64,000 nt of DNA from Deltaproteobacteria bacterium (GTDB taxonomy: Bacteria; Myxococcota; Kuafuiibacteriia; Kuafuiibacteriales; Kuafuiibacteriaceae), in NCBI GenBank assembly GCA_040218735.1, contig JAVJQW010000011.1, positions 224,001-288,000 of the forward strand. The letters are read 5' to 3'. This document shows positions 55,381-64,000 of this stretch, one piece after another. The notes under the pieces were generated by a model. The model was not told the origin of the DNA and searched no databases. It saw only the letters and a list, made by a program, of their open reading frames with translations. Made by a program: the position numbers and the translations under genes. Every line of letters begins with the position of its first letter. Position 1 is the stretch's first letter.

Positions 55381-56334
55381 GTGGCGAAGTTGACGTTGAT
55401 CGGCGGCGGAGCGATGGCGCGCGCCGTCGCGCGCATCCTGGTGAAGTCCGGCGTGGACGTGCACGTCTACGCGCGCAACACGGCGCTCGTCGAAGAGGTC
55501 GAGGGCATCGTCCTGCACGACGAGATGGGGCCCGCGGTCGAAGGCGCGAGCGTGGTGTTCCTCGCGGTGCCCGCCGACAGCCTCCTCGAGGCGTCGGAGC
55601 AGTACGGCGAGTTCGCGCGCGGCGACCATGTCGTGCTCACTGCGACGCGCGGCGTGACGGACCGCTTCATGCTCCCGCACGAGATGATCCGCGCGATGAC
55701 CTGCGTGCGGAAGATCGGCTACCTCGGCGGCCCGATCCACGCGCGCGAGCTGACGACGGGGCGGCAGATCAACCTCGTGCTCGCGTCGCGCTACGGCGAG
55801 GTCGTCAACGGCATCCGCGCGCTCATCCAAGGGACGCCGATCGCCCTGCACCGCTCCGCGGACATCGTCGGCGTGCAGGTCGCGGGCGCGATCGCGAACG
55901 TCGGCTCCATCGCGAGCGGTATCGCCGCCGCGCTGGACTTCGGCGACACCGCGCGCGGGGTGCTGCTCACGCACGGCCTCGTCGACGCGACGCGCCTCGG
56001 TGTGGCGCTCGGCGCCTCGGCGTCGACGTTCTCCGGCCTCGCCGGCGTCGGCGAGCTCATCCCGCGCCACGTCACGAGCATGGACCGACACGTGGACCTC
56101 GGGCGCCGCGTCGCGGAGGGAGAGAAGCTCGCCAACGCGCTCGTCGCGTGTGACGGGCACGTCGAGGGCGTGAAGACCGCCGAGGAGGCCGTGAAGGCGG
56201 CGGATCGGTTGGGCCTCGAGCTGCTGCTCGTCCCCGCGGTGCACGACATCCTCCTCGGCCGCGCCGACCCGCGCGAAGCGCTGGAGGCGGTGCTCCACAA
56301 GTCCTTGGATCTCGATCACGCGATCAACTCGTGA
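55381..56334 (+). CDS. GpsA-like NAD(P)H glycerol-3-phosphate dehydrogenase homolog with a degenerate active site
   Basis: GpsA blocks (AVP, GP, DIVGVQ, TFSGLAGVG, VEGVKT) are present, but GAxKN reads GAIAN and SRN reads DRH. Confidence 0.82.
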   Translation: MAKLTLIGGGAMARAVARILVKSGVDVHVYARNTALVEEVEGIVLHDEMGPAVEGASVVFLAVPADSLLEASEQYGEFARGDHVVLTATRGVTDRFMLPHEMIRAMTCVRKIGYLGGPIHARELTTGRQINLVLASRYGEVVNGIRALIQGTPIALHRSADIVGVQVAGAIANVGSIASGIAAALDFGDTARGVLLTHGLVDATRLGVALGASASTFSGLAGVGELIPRHVTSMDRHVDLGRRVAEGEKLANALVACDGHVEGVKTAEEAVKAADRLGLELLLVPAVHDILLGRADPREALEAVLHKSLDLDHAINS

Positions 56335-57209
56335 AGTTCATCAGCCGCAGCAACGACCGCACCCTCCCCGCCGACTACACGGGCGACGTGTTGGTCTGGG
56401 ACATCGACAAGACGTACCTCGACACGCACTTCTCCTCGTGGCGCGGGCTGATGCGCATCCCGTTCGAGCTCGCGATCGACAAACGCGCGATGGCGGGCTC
56501 GGTGCCGCTGCTGCGCGGGTTGCGACACGGCGGGACGGAGCAGTCGTCGATCGTCCCGCTCTACTTCATCAGCGGCAGCCCGATTCAGCTCCGCAAGACG
56601 ATCGAACGGAAGATGGTGCTGGACGGCGTCGACTTCGACGGCATCACGTTCAAGGACCAGTGGGGCCTCGTCCGCGCGGGCCGCGCCAAGGACGTGAAGG
56701 CGCAGATCGGCTACAAGCTGAAGTCGCTCCTCGCGCTCAAACGCGACGTCCCCGGACCGTCGCGGTTCTTCCTGTTCGGCGACGACGTCGAAGCCGACGC
56801 CGAGGTGTTCGTGCTGTTCGGTCGGGTGTGCGCGGGGGAGCTGCGCGACGAAGTCCTCACGCGCCACCTCGCCGACAAAGACGTGCACCCCGTCGACATC
56901 GCGGAGATCCGCACGCTGTGCGACGACGTGCCCGTCACCGAGGACCCGGTGGAGCGTGTCTTCATCCTGCTCTCCGAGGGCGGCGACCCGAACCGGTTCT
57001 CGGACGACAAGGTCGTCGCGACGCACTCCTATCTTCAGACCGCGCTCGTGCTCGCCGAGCTGGGGCGCGTGCGGCCTCAGATCGTCGGCGCGGTGGCCAA
57101 GGACCTGCGCCGCCGTCAGGTCCCGGAGTTCACGATCCGGCGCGACATCGACGACGCCTCGAGGAGGCTCGGCGTCTCCGCGGAGATCTGCGCGCACGCC
57201 GAACGCTGA
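56331..57209 (+). CDS. HAD DxDxT phosphatase (App1/LNS2-like, possible phosphatidate phosphatase)
   Basis: WDIDKT, FISGSP, YKL, FGDD. GTGA overlap with the upstream stop. Confidence 0.72.
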   Translation: MKFISRSNDRTLPADYTGDVLVWDIDKTYLDTHFSSWRGLMRIPFELAIDKRAMAGSVPLLRGLRHGGTEQSSIVPLYFISGSPIQLRKTIERKMVLDGVDFDGITFKDQWGLVRAGRAKDVKAQIGYKLKSLLALKRDVPGPSRFFLFGDDVEADAEVFVLFGRVCAGELRDEVLTRHLADKDVHPVDIAEIRTLCDDVPVTEDPVERVFILLSEGGDPNRFSDDKVVATHSYLQTALVLAELGRVRPQIVGAVAKDLRRRQVPEFTIRRDIDDASRRLGVSAEICAHAER

Positions 57210-57258
57210 GCTCGGCCTGACTTGCGCCGCGCGCGCGGCACGCGCACGCTCCGCGCCG

Positions 57259-58215
57259 ATGTTGGACACGCTGTCGCTCGCGACGATCGAAGCCGCCGCC
57301 GAACGCATCGCCCCGTACGTATTGCGCACGCCGACGCTGGTGCACGAGGAAGCGCACGGGACGCTGTATCTGAAAGCCGAGTCGCTCCAGCCGATCGGCG
57401 CGTTCAAGATCCGCGGCGCGTTCTCGATGATGACCACGCTCGGCGGCGCGCCCGGCGTCGTCGCCCACTCGTCCGGCAACCACGCGCAGGCCGTCGCACG
57501 CGCGGCGAAGGTGCTCGGTATCCCGGCGGTGATCGTGATGCCGAGCGACGCGCCGCCGATGAAGCTCGAACGCACGAAGGCGGACGGCGCCGAAGTGATC
57601 ATCGTGAGCCCCGACAGCGACGAACGCGAGCAGCGCGCCGCGGCGATCGCCGAAGAGCGCGGCTACGTGCCGGTGCCGCCGTTCGATCACCCGCTGGTCG
57701 CGGCCGGTCAGGGCACCGCCGCGTTGGAGCTGCTCGCCGACGCACCGGCGCTGGATCGGTTCTACGCGCCCGTGAGCGGCGGCGGCCTGATGGCGGGCTG
57801 CGCGACGGTCTTCGCCGCGAAGTCGCCGGGGTGTGAGATCGTCGGCGTCGAGCCGGAGGACGCGGACGACACGAAGCAGTCACTCGCGGCCGGCGAACGC
57901 AAGAAGGTCGCGCCCCCCCAGACGATCGCCGACGGGCTGCGCGTGCGCACACCGGGGCGCGGGACGTTCGAGGTGATCAAGAAACACGTCGCCCGCGTCG
58001 AGCTGGTGACCGACGACGAGCTGCTCGATTCGATGCGCTTCGCCGCGGTTCGCCTGCGCCTGGTGCTGGAGCCTTCGGGGGCCGCTTCGCTCGCCGTCGC
58101 TCGGCGCGAGCTGCGCGAGCACGGGGGGCACGCCGGCGTGTTGCTGTCCGGCGGGAACGCGGACCCGGCGGTGTTCGCGCGGTGCCTCAGCGCGCCGGAT
58201 CCGACGCGACGATGA
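57259..58215 (+). CDS. PLP-dependent threonine/serine dehydratase family enzyme (no regulatory domain)
   Basis: LKAESLQPIGAFKIRGA, SSGNHAQ, GQGT, SGGGL, EPSGA, SGGN. Confidence 0.92.
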   Translation: MLDTLSLATIEAAAERIAPYVLRTPTLVHEEAHGTLYLKAESLQPIGAFKIRGAFSMMTTLGGAPGVVAHSSGNHAQAVARAAKVLGIPAVIVMPSDAPPMKLERTKADGAEVIIVSPDSDEREQRAAAIAEERGYVPVPPFDHPLVAAGQGTAALELLADAPALDRFYAPVSGGGLMAGCATVFAAKSPGCEIVGVEPEDADDTKQSLAAGERKKVAPPQTIADGLRVRTPGRGTFEVIKKHVARVELVTDDELLDSMRFAAVRLRLVLEPSGAASLAVARRELREHGGHAGVLLSGGNADPAVFARCLSAPDPTRR

Positions 58216-59959
58216 CGCGATTGTAGAGCGGGTCGTGGAAGAGCATCACGCTCTCCCCCGACGGCCGTATGAACAGCTCGCGGTTGTCGAGGAACCGCGT
58301 GCCTCCCCGGCGACGCATCACGCGGTGCTCCCGCGCGACGCCGCTCTGCCACCGGACCACGAACACCTCGCCGGCGTTTTCGTAGCTCATCCGTCGGTAG
58401 CCCTCGGACGTGAACGCGACGACACCGTTGTCCTCCCAACCGCCGCCCGGGTCGTAGGCGTAGACGCTCCACGCGCCGGTGCCGTTGTCGGTGGCGTAGC
58501 GGATCTCGTACTCGCTGTAGCCGACCCAGAGCGCGCCGTCGGGCGCGCGGGTGAGCGCGGGGCGGCGCTTCGGTCCGCCGTCACTGTCCACGGTCTGCAC
58601 CGCCCAGCTCCCGTCCGGTTGGCGGGTCGCGGCCTTCAGCCGCGGATAGAAGTCTTCGTGGAAGAACGCGACGACGGGCTGGCCGCTCGCGGCGATGGCC
58701 ATGGACGTGCCCGCGGCGACCTTCGCGTAGCCGGTGACCTGAATCGTGACGTAGCTGCCGTCGGGCTGCTCTTCGACGACCTCGAGCCGCCCGCTCTGGG
58801 ATCCGGTGTGGCGGACGTACGCGATGACTTCGAGGCCATCGACGATCGCGAGCGAGACGTTGGCGACGAGGCCCGCCGCGACCTCGGTCTCGACGTACCC
58901 GCCCTGCCCGTCGGGCCGCGCGACGAAGAGCGTTCGTTGGTCGCCCGTCCCGCGCGTGAAGAGGAAGCGGAGCGGCTCGACGGTCAGCGCGACGGCGATG
59001 TCCGAGACGTCGTCGGCGACGAGCTCCTCTTGCCAGACGCCGCGCGCCGTCTCGTAGACGTGCCGCAATCGAATGACGTCGTCGGCGCCGCGGTACGGGT
59101 GAATGAAGTGCGCCGGGCCGGCCGCGTCGCCGCGCATCGTCGCGGCGTAGATCGTGCCGACGCGGTTTGCGTCTTCGTGCGACAGCTCGAACTCTTGAAC
59201 GACGGCGACCCCGTCGAGCGTGCACGCTTCGACGTCGGTGGTGCAGTCTTCGTAGCAGCCGACGTCGTCACCCGCGTCGAACCCGAAGGTCGCGCAGCTC
59301 GGCGACGGCACGTCGCTCCCGTCGCACTGCTCCTCGGTGCCGCGTTGGTAGACGCCGTCGCCGCAGCCCGTCTGGCGACCCGGCACGCTGCGACATCCCG
59401 GTCCGCACACGTAGCAGGATTGGCCGTAGGGGCAGACCTCGATCTCGGCGTTGCCGTCGTCGCAGTCCTCTTCGTCGGGCTGCACGATGAGGTCGCCGCA
59501 GAACGTGCCGACGACGGTTCGTGTCGTGCAGTTCGAAGCGCAGACCTCGCAGGAGGCCTCGCCGTACGCGCAGGACTCGGTGACGGTGTTCGTGTCGTCG
59601 CAGGCCTCGTCGCCCTCCACGACGCCGTCGCCGCAGACCGGCTCGCGGACGATCGTACAGTCGGCGGCGCAGGCCTCCCCGCCGTCGCACGCCTCCTCCG
59701 GATCGACGATGCCGTCGCCGCAGAAACGCACGGCGCCGGCGACGAGCTGGCAGCTTCGGCACCGGGTGCACTCGGTCTCGCCGTAGAGGCAGACCGGGGG
59801 CTCGTCGACGATCCCGATGTCGCAGACCTCGCCGACGTCGACCACGGCGTCGCCGCACACGGCGGCGACGTCGGGTTCGGAGGCGCAAGCGAGCAGGAGG
59901 AGGAGGGGCAGCGCGCGACGCGTGGGCCTTGGTACGCATGCGACCCTCGCGGTATTCAC
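58187..59959 (-). CDS. Lipoprotein with Myxococcus Cys-rich (CGDG..E.CD) repeats and a C-terminal propeller-like domain
   Basis: Lipobox LLAC and five CGD..V...E.CD repeats. Start uncertain. Confidence 0.8.
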   Translation of the reverse strand: MNTARVACVPRPTRRALPLLLLLACASEPDVAAVCGDAVVDVGEVCDIGIVDEPPVCLYGETECTRCRSCQLVAGAVRFCGDGIVDPEEACDGGEACAADCTIVREPVCGDGVVEGDEACDDTNTVTESCAYGEASCEVCASNCTTRTVVGTFCGDLIVQPDEEDCDDGNAEIEVCPYGQSCYVCGPGCRSVPGRQTGCGDGVYQRGTEEQCDGSDVPSPSCATFGFDAGDDVGCYEDCTTDVEACTLDGVAVVQEFELSHEDANRVGTIYAATMRGDAAGPAHFIHPYRGADDVIRLRHVYETARGVWQEELVADDVSDIAVALTVEPLRFLFTRGTGDQRTLFVARPDGQGGYVETEVAAGLVANVSLAIVDGLEVIAYVRHTGSQSGRLEVVEEQPDGSYVTIQVTGYAKVAAGTSMAIAASGQPVVAFFHEDFYPRLKAATRQPDGSWAVQTVDSDGGPKRRPALTRAPDGALWVGYSEYEIRYATDNGTGAWSVYAYDPGGGWEDNGVVAFTSEGYRRMSYENAGEVFVVRWQSGVAREHRVMRRRGGTRFLDNRELFIRPSGESVMLFHDPLYNRVIVASDPAR

Positions 59960-60132
59960 CTGAAACCGCCCGAATTCAGGCAACTTCAGGCACGCTCGGC
60001 GTCGATCGCGGCCGTGGGCTGGACCAACGTTCGATTGACTCCGAGGCCGTATCCGCCCAAAGGGTGACCCCGGACGTTGGGGGCCCCGTGCTAAGGTCCT
60101 GAACGCCCGTTTTCGGCCGGGTGGGCCGCGCC

Positions 60133-61821
60133 ATGGACAGGGAAGAAACACTGGTGATCCAGGGCTTCGACATCGTCACGAAGCTGAGCTCTGGAGGTAT
60201 GGGGGACGTCCTCCTCGCCCGCCGCAAGGGGGTCCACGGCTTCGAGAAGCTGTTGGCGGTGAAGACGATCCGGGGTGACCTCGCCAAGCGGGAGGACATC
60301 CGCTCCATGTTTCAGGACGAGGCCTCCCTCGTCGCCCGCCTCGCGCACCCGGCCATCGCGCAGGTCTACGACTTCGGTGAGGAGGACGGCGCGCTCTACC
60401 TGGCGATGGAGTACGTGCCGGGCATCGCCCTCAACAAGCTCCTGGTGAAGCGGCAGCGCGCCCTCCCCCCCTATGTGGCGGCGCGGATCATCGCGGAGGT
60501 GTGCCGGGGCCTCCACGCGGCGCACGAGCTGACGAACCTCGACGGTGACCCGCTCGGCGTGGTGCACCGTGACGTGAGTCCCGGAAACGTCATCCTGACG
60601 TTCGACGGGCACGTGAAGATCCTCGACTTCGGGATCGCGTTCATGGCCGAGCGCGAGTCGCCCGACACGCAGCTCGGTGAGCTCAAGGGCAAGCCTTCCT
60701 ACATGGCGCCCGAGCAGCTGCGCGGCGAGCGCGTGGACCGGCGCTCGGACCTGTACTCGGCGGGCGTCGTCTTCCACGAGATGCTGACGGGGCGGAAGCT
60801 GTTCTCGAAGCAGAACGTGGTCGCGACCGCGCTCGCGGTGGAGCGCGGCGAGGCGCCGGCGCCGTCGACGATCGTCGACCTGCCGGACGGCTTCGACGAG
60901 ATCGCGATGAAGGCGCTCGAGCGCCACGCGCACAACCGCTTCGAGGACGCGCGCGCGATGGCGCACGCGCTCGACGAGCTCATCCAGCGCGAGCCGACGT
61001 CGACGCTCGAGCAGTTCGTCGAGGACGAGCTCGGCGAGGAGCAGGCCTCGCACAAGGAGTGGCTGCACGAGGTGCTCTCGGGCTCGTACACGACGTCGGG
61101 CACCTACGAGCAGTACGCGGAGGAGAAGTCGCGCGCCTCGTTGGTCCCGGCGGCGATCCCGGAGCCGGATCCCTCGGCGGCCGAGGCGCACCCGCTCGTC
61201 GACTCCACGACGCTGATCCCGCCGTCGCAGACCGAGGAGAGCCCGGCGGTTCCGATCCGTCGCAAGGGCCCGAACCCCGCGCTGGTCGCGGTGGGCATCT
61301 TCATGCTCGCGGTGCTGCTGTTCTTCGGCGTGCGCCAGCTCGGCGCGCCGGGGCCGGAGGCGATTCAACCGATCGCCCCCCTCGAGGCGGCGCCCCCGCC
61401 GATCGAGGTCGCGCGCAGCGAGGCCACGGGAACCGAGGTCGCCGAGGCGTTGCCAGAGGGCGATGCGCCGCCGCCCGAAGTCGAGGTCCCGGAGGTCGTC
61501 AAGACGCCGGAGCCGGAGAAGCCGGAGCCCACGAAGAAGAAGCGCCGGCGCATCAAGAAGCGCCGCACGGCGACGCCGCCGGCCCCGCCCCCGACGAAAA
61601 CCGTGGTGGCCGACACGTACGGCTACGTGACGATCGGCGCGAACCCGTACGCGCTGGTACGCATCAACGGGAAGGAGATCGGCTCGACGCCGGTGGTGCG
61701 GAAGCGCCTGCCGGTGGGTGACTACAAGGTGGAGCTGATCGGCCCGGACACCGGGGACGTGCGGATGACGAAGAAGCTGACGCTGCGCGAGGGGGCGCAT
61801 GAGAGGATTATGCAGAGGTGA
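60133..61821 (+). CDS. Membrane Ser/Thr protein kinase with C-terminal PEGA domain
   Basis: GGMGDV, AVK, HRDVSPGN, DFGIA, GKPSYMAPEQ, TM segment, PYALVRINGKEIGSTP. Confidence 0.93.
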   Translation: MDREETLVIQGFDIVTKLSSGGMGDVLLARRKGVHGFEKLLAVKTIRGDLAKREDIRSMFQDEASLVARLAHPAIAQVYDFGEEDGALYLAMEYVPGIALNKLLVKRQRALPPYVAARIIAEVCRGLHAAHELTNLDGDPLGVVHRDVSPGNVILTFDGHVKILDFGIAFMAERESPDTQLGELKGKPSYMAPEQLRGERVDRRSDLYSAGVVFHEMLTGRKLFSKQNVVATALAVERGEAPAPSTIVDLPDGFDEIAMKALERHAHNRFEDARAMAHALDELIQREPTSTLEQFVEDELGEEQASHKEWLHEVLSGSYTTSGTYEQYAEEKSRASLVPAAIPEPDPSAAEAHPLVDSTTLIPPSQTEESPAVPIRRKGPNPALVAVGIFMLAVLLFFGVRQLGAPGPEAIQPIAPLEAAPPPIEVARSEATGTEVAEALPEGDAPPPEVEVPEVVKTPEPEKPEPTKKKRRRIKKRRTATPPAPPPTKTVVADTYGYVTIGANPYALVRINGKEIGSTPVVRKRLPVGDYKVELIGPDTGDVRMTKKLTLREGAHERIMQR

Positions 61822-61842
61822 GTGCGGGACGAAGTCCCAGCA

Positions 61843-62040
61843 CCCCTTGCCCCAGCCCTCACCCCAGCCCCTGCCCTCGTGGGCACTGATCCCGACCGAA
61901 GAAGCCGACGAGCGCCAGGGCAAGGGCCGCTCGCGCGTACCTGCGAACCTCTGGTTCTCTAGGCCTCGCGCGACGCTTCACAACGGAGCGACAGGAATCT
62001 GTTCCGTCCAGGGCAAGGGCTCGGGCAAGGGCTCGGGCAA
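61843..62040. repeat. Intergenic element bounded by complementary C3- and G3-hexamer repeats
   Basis: CCC-NNN units at 61843-61876 and GGGCAA/GGGCTC x5 at 62011-62040, between convergent genes. Confidence 0.7.
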
Positions 62041-62057
62041 GTTCACGCTGAGGTTCG

Positions 62058-63827
62058 TCAGTCCTTGGTGCCCATCGAATAGATCTCCACCCTCGCGTCC
62101 CCACCCAAGATCCCCGACGCCGAGCGCTCCACGATCACGATGTCGTCCGCGCCGTCCTGATCGATGTCGACCAACAGCAGCTCCGGATCCACCAGCTCCG
62201 GCATCGGCAGGTCGAAGTCCCCCGCTACCCGACGGCCGCGCGCCTCTCTCCCCAGCACGCCCCACACCGCGTAGCGCGGGGGCTCGAAGGCGTCGACGCG
62301 TGGGCGCGTGAAGAGCGAGATGACGTCGAGCGTTCCGTCGCCGTCGACCTCGCCGCCCCGGTTGCGTACGGGCGGCGCGGGCGGCGAGTCGAGGCCCGCC
62401 ATCACCAGCTCGAAGGCGCCCGGGCCGGTGCGCTCGATCTTGAGGCGCGACACGACGAAGTCGTTCACGGAGAGCTGCGTGCCGAGCAACAGCCGCTCGC
62501 TCCCGTTGATGCTCGGGGCGAAGCTCATGCCGCTCGCGATCGCGTACCACTCGCGCAGCGCGTACTGCTGCGGCGTGAGCTCCGCCGCGACGACGAGGCC
62601 GATGTTCTGCTGGTTGAGCACGAGCATCCGCACCAGCCCGCCCTTCTCGTCGCTGACACACCCCGCGGAGATCGTGTCGAGGCGACCGCCGAACTCGCCG
62701 CGTTCCATGCCGGTCGCGTCGAAGATCGCGGCGTTCGGGGCGTCGTAGCTCACGATGACGTACGGGCCGTTGGCGTCGTCGGTGCAGGGGCCGGCTTCGT
62801 GGATCGCGAGCGGCGCGGCGCCGAGCGCGCCGGGGGGCGGTTCGTACGCCGTGGAGAACAACGGCGCGCCGTCGGTGGTGAACTCGTACCACTCACTCTC
62901 GGTGATCACGACGGGACGATCGCGGCCCGTCGTCGGCGAGAGCAGACCGAGCGCCGCGACCGACCCGTTGATCGCCTGCGACGTCCGCATCTGCAGCGCG
63001 CCGCCCGGCACCTGGTAGACGAACACCACGCGGCGCGTGCGCGGGAGGTCGCCGTCCTTCAACGCGACGAAACCCGGTTCGCCGTTCGGGCCGATGCGTC
63101 CGGCGCGGACGTCGAAGACGCGGCCTTCGATCGCGTCGATCGTCGGCGGCGGGACCACGAAGCCGGGGATCGCGGCGGCGTCGCCCTCCGCCCACCGCAC
63201 GCGGACGTCGAGCACGAAGGGGCCGGCGCGCGTGGGGAGCTGCGCGTCGATCGACACACGCCCTTCCCCGTCGCTCGTACCGCGGCCGATCGGTCCCTCG
63301 CCGGAGGCGCCGACGACCTGCCACCGGACGTCCGCGCCCGGGAGCGGCTCGCCGAGGAAGTCGACGATGGTGACGACGACCGGCGCCGTGAGCGCGTCGC
63401 CGAGGGTCTGTTGGATCGACGAGGCGATCGTCGTCGTGCGGGTCACGGGCCGCCCTTGGATCGCGACCTCCGTGTCCGAGCCGATCTCACCGACCTCGGC
63501 GCAGCCCACCACGAGCCGCTGCCCGATCGCGTCGACCCCCTCCGCGACGAACACCTTCGGCGCGACGCGATCGATGTCGGCGAGCGGCGCGACCTCCAGC
63601 TCCCGCTCGGCGATCGAAGCCACGCGACTCGCACGCACGAGGTCGTCGTCGATCTGCGCGAACGCGAGGTCGTCGCAGGTGAACGGTGCACCCGCCGGCG
63701 GGAGATAGATCGCGAGCGAGGTGTCGTCGACGAACGGGCGGTACGCAGCCGGTACGTCGAACCGGACGTGCACCTCGGGCTCCCCGCACGCCGCGAGGAT
63801 CAGCGCGAGCGGGAGCAGCCGCTTCAT
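62058..63827 (-). CDS. Lipoprotein with an Ig-like segment and FG-GAP-like Ca-binding loops
   Basis: Lipobox LAAC, DVRW...TSDGEG Ig-like pattern, EVDGDGTLD and DIDQDGADD loops. Confidence 0.72.
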   Translation of the reverse strand: MKRLLPLALILAACGEPEVHVRFDVPAAYRPFVDDTSLAIYLPPAGAPFTCDDLAFAQIDDDLVRASRVASIAERELEVAPLADIDRVAPKVFVAEGVDAIGQRLVVGCAEVGEIGSDTEVAIQGRPVTRTTTIASSIQQTLGDALTAPVVVTIVDFLGEPLPGADVRWQVVGASGEGPIGRGTSDGEGRVSIDAQLPTRAGPFVLDVRVRWAEGDAAAIPGFVVPPPTIDAIEGRVFDVRAGRIGPNGEPGFVALKDGDLPRTRRVVFVYQVPGGALQMRTSQAINGSVAALGLLSPTTGRDRPVVITESEWYEFTTDGAPLFSTAYEPPPGALGAAPLAIHEAGPCTDDANGPYVIVSYDAPNAAIFDATGMERGEFGGRLDTISAGCVSDEKGGLVRMLVLNQQNIGLVVAAELTPQQYALREWYAIASGMSFAPSINGSERLLLGTQLSVNDFVVSRLKIERTGPGAFELVMAGLDSPPAPPVRNRGGEVDGDGTLDVISLFTRPRVDAFEPPRYAVWGVLGREARGRRVAGDFDLPMPELVDPELLLVDIDQDGADDIVIVERSASGILGGDARVEIYSMGTKD

Positions 63828-64000
63828 CGGTTCACCTCGAACGTACCGCCGACGGTCGGGGGCGGTTCGTTGGTCGCGGCGAACACCGCGGCGCCCGCGC
63901 CGGCGGCGACGACGGTGCCGGCGATGGCCCACACCCACCACTTGCCGTACCAGGGCTCGGGCGGCTCGTACTGCAAGCTGACTTGCCGCGGACGCCCCTC
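63824..64000 (-). CDS. 3' end of a membrane protein (partial; C-terminal PWYGKWWVW + TM, typical of myxobacterial PEGA/TPR proteins)
   Basis: Reads ...EPPEPWYGKWWVWAIAGTVVAAGAGAAVFAAT...FEVNR*. Its stop overlaps the next ATG. Confidence 0.65.
   Translation of the reverse strand, partial: EGRPRQVSLQYEPPEPWYGKWWVWAIAGTVVAAGAGAAVFAATNEPPPTVGGTFEVNR

Overview
High-GC (roughly 70%), densely coding bacterial chromosome segment. Eukaryote-like Ser/Thr kinases, a Cys-rich CGDG-repeat lipoprotein, many orphan lipoproteins and an NBD-only Hsp70 point to Myxococcota (inference). About 57 CDSs can be supported. Recognisable blocks: iolG; a SulP transporter with an upstream leader ORF; a DPP III (M49)-like lipoprotein; a vWA protein/OmpR-family regulator/histidine kinase operon; lspA; a YbdK-like ligase; a frameshifted OprB porin; pntAA-pntAB-pntB; nth; a ChaN lipoprotein; a split AfuABC-type ABC transporter whose binding protein ends the iolB-iolC-iolD-iolE-HAD operon; a REC-GGDEF protein; YhhN; DUF151; mtaB; an HDAC with a long C-terminal extension; LysR plus methyltransferase; a di-heme cytochrome c; and an acyltransferase/degenerate GpsA/DxDxT phosphatase operon. 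I found no rRNA, tRNA, CRISPR array, integrase or transposase. The strongest novel signal is the 109-aa signal-peptide ORF upstream of sulP. It ends in an RPPR motif, and the five codons right after the Pro-Pro pair can base-pair (14 of 15 nt) with the sulP Shine-Dalgarno region. This is the layout of a ribosome-arrest translational switch, here apparently controlling an anion transporter. All product calls come from motif recognition by eye; no database searches were run.
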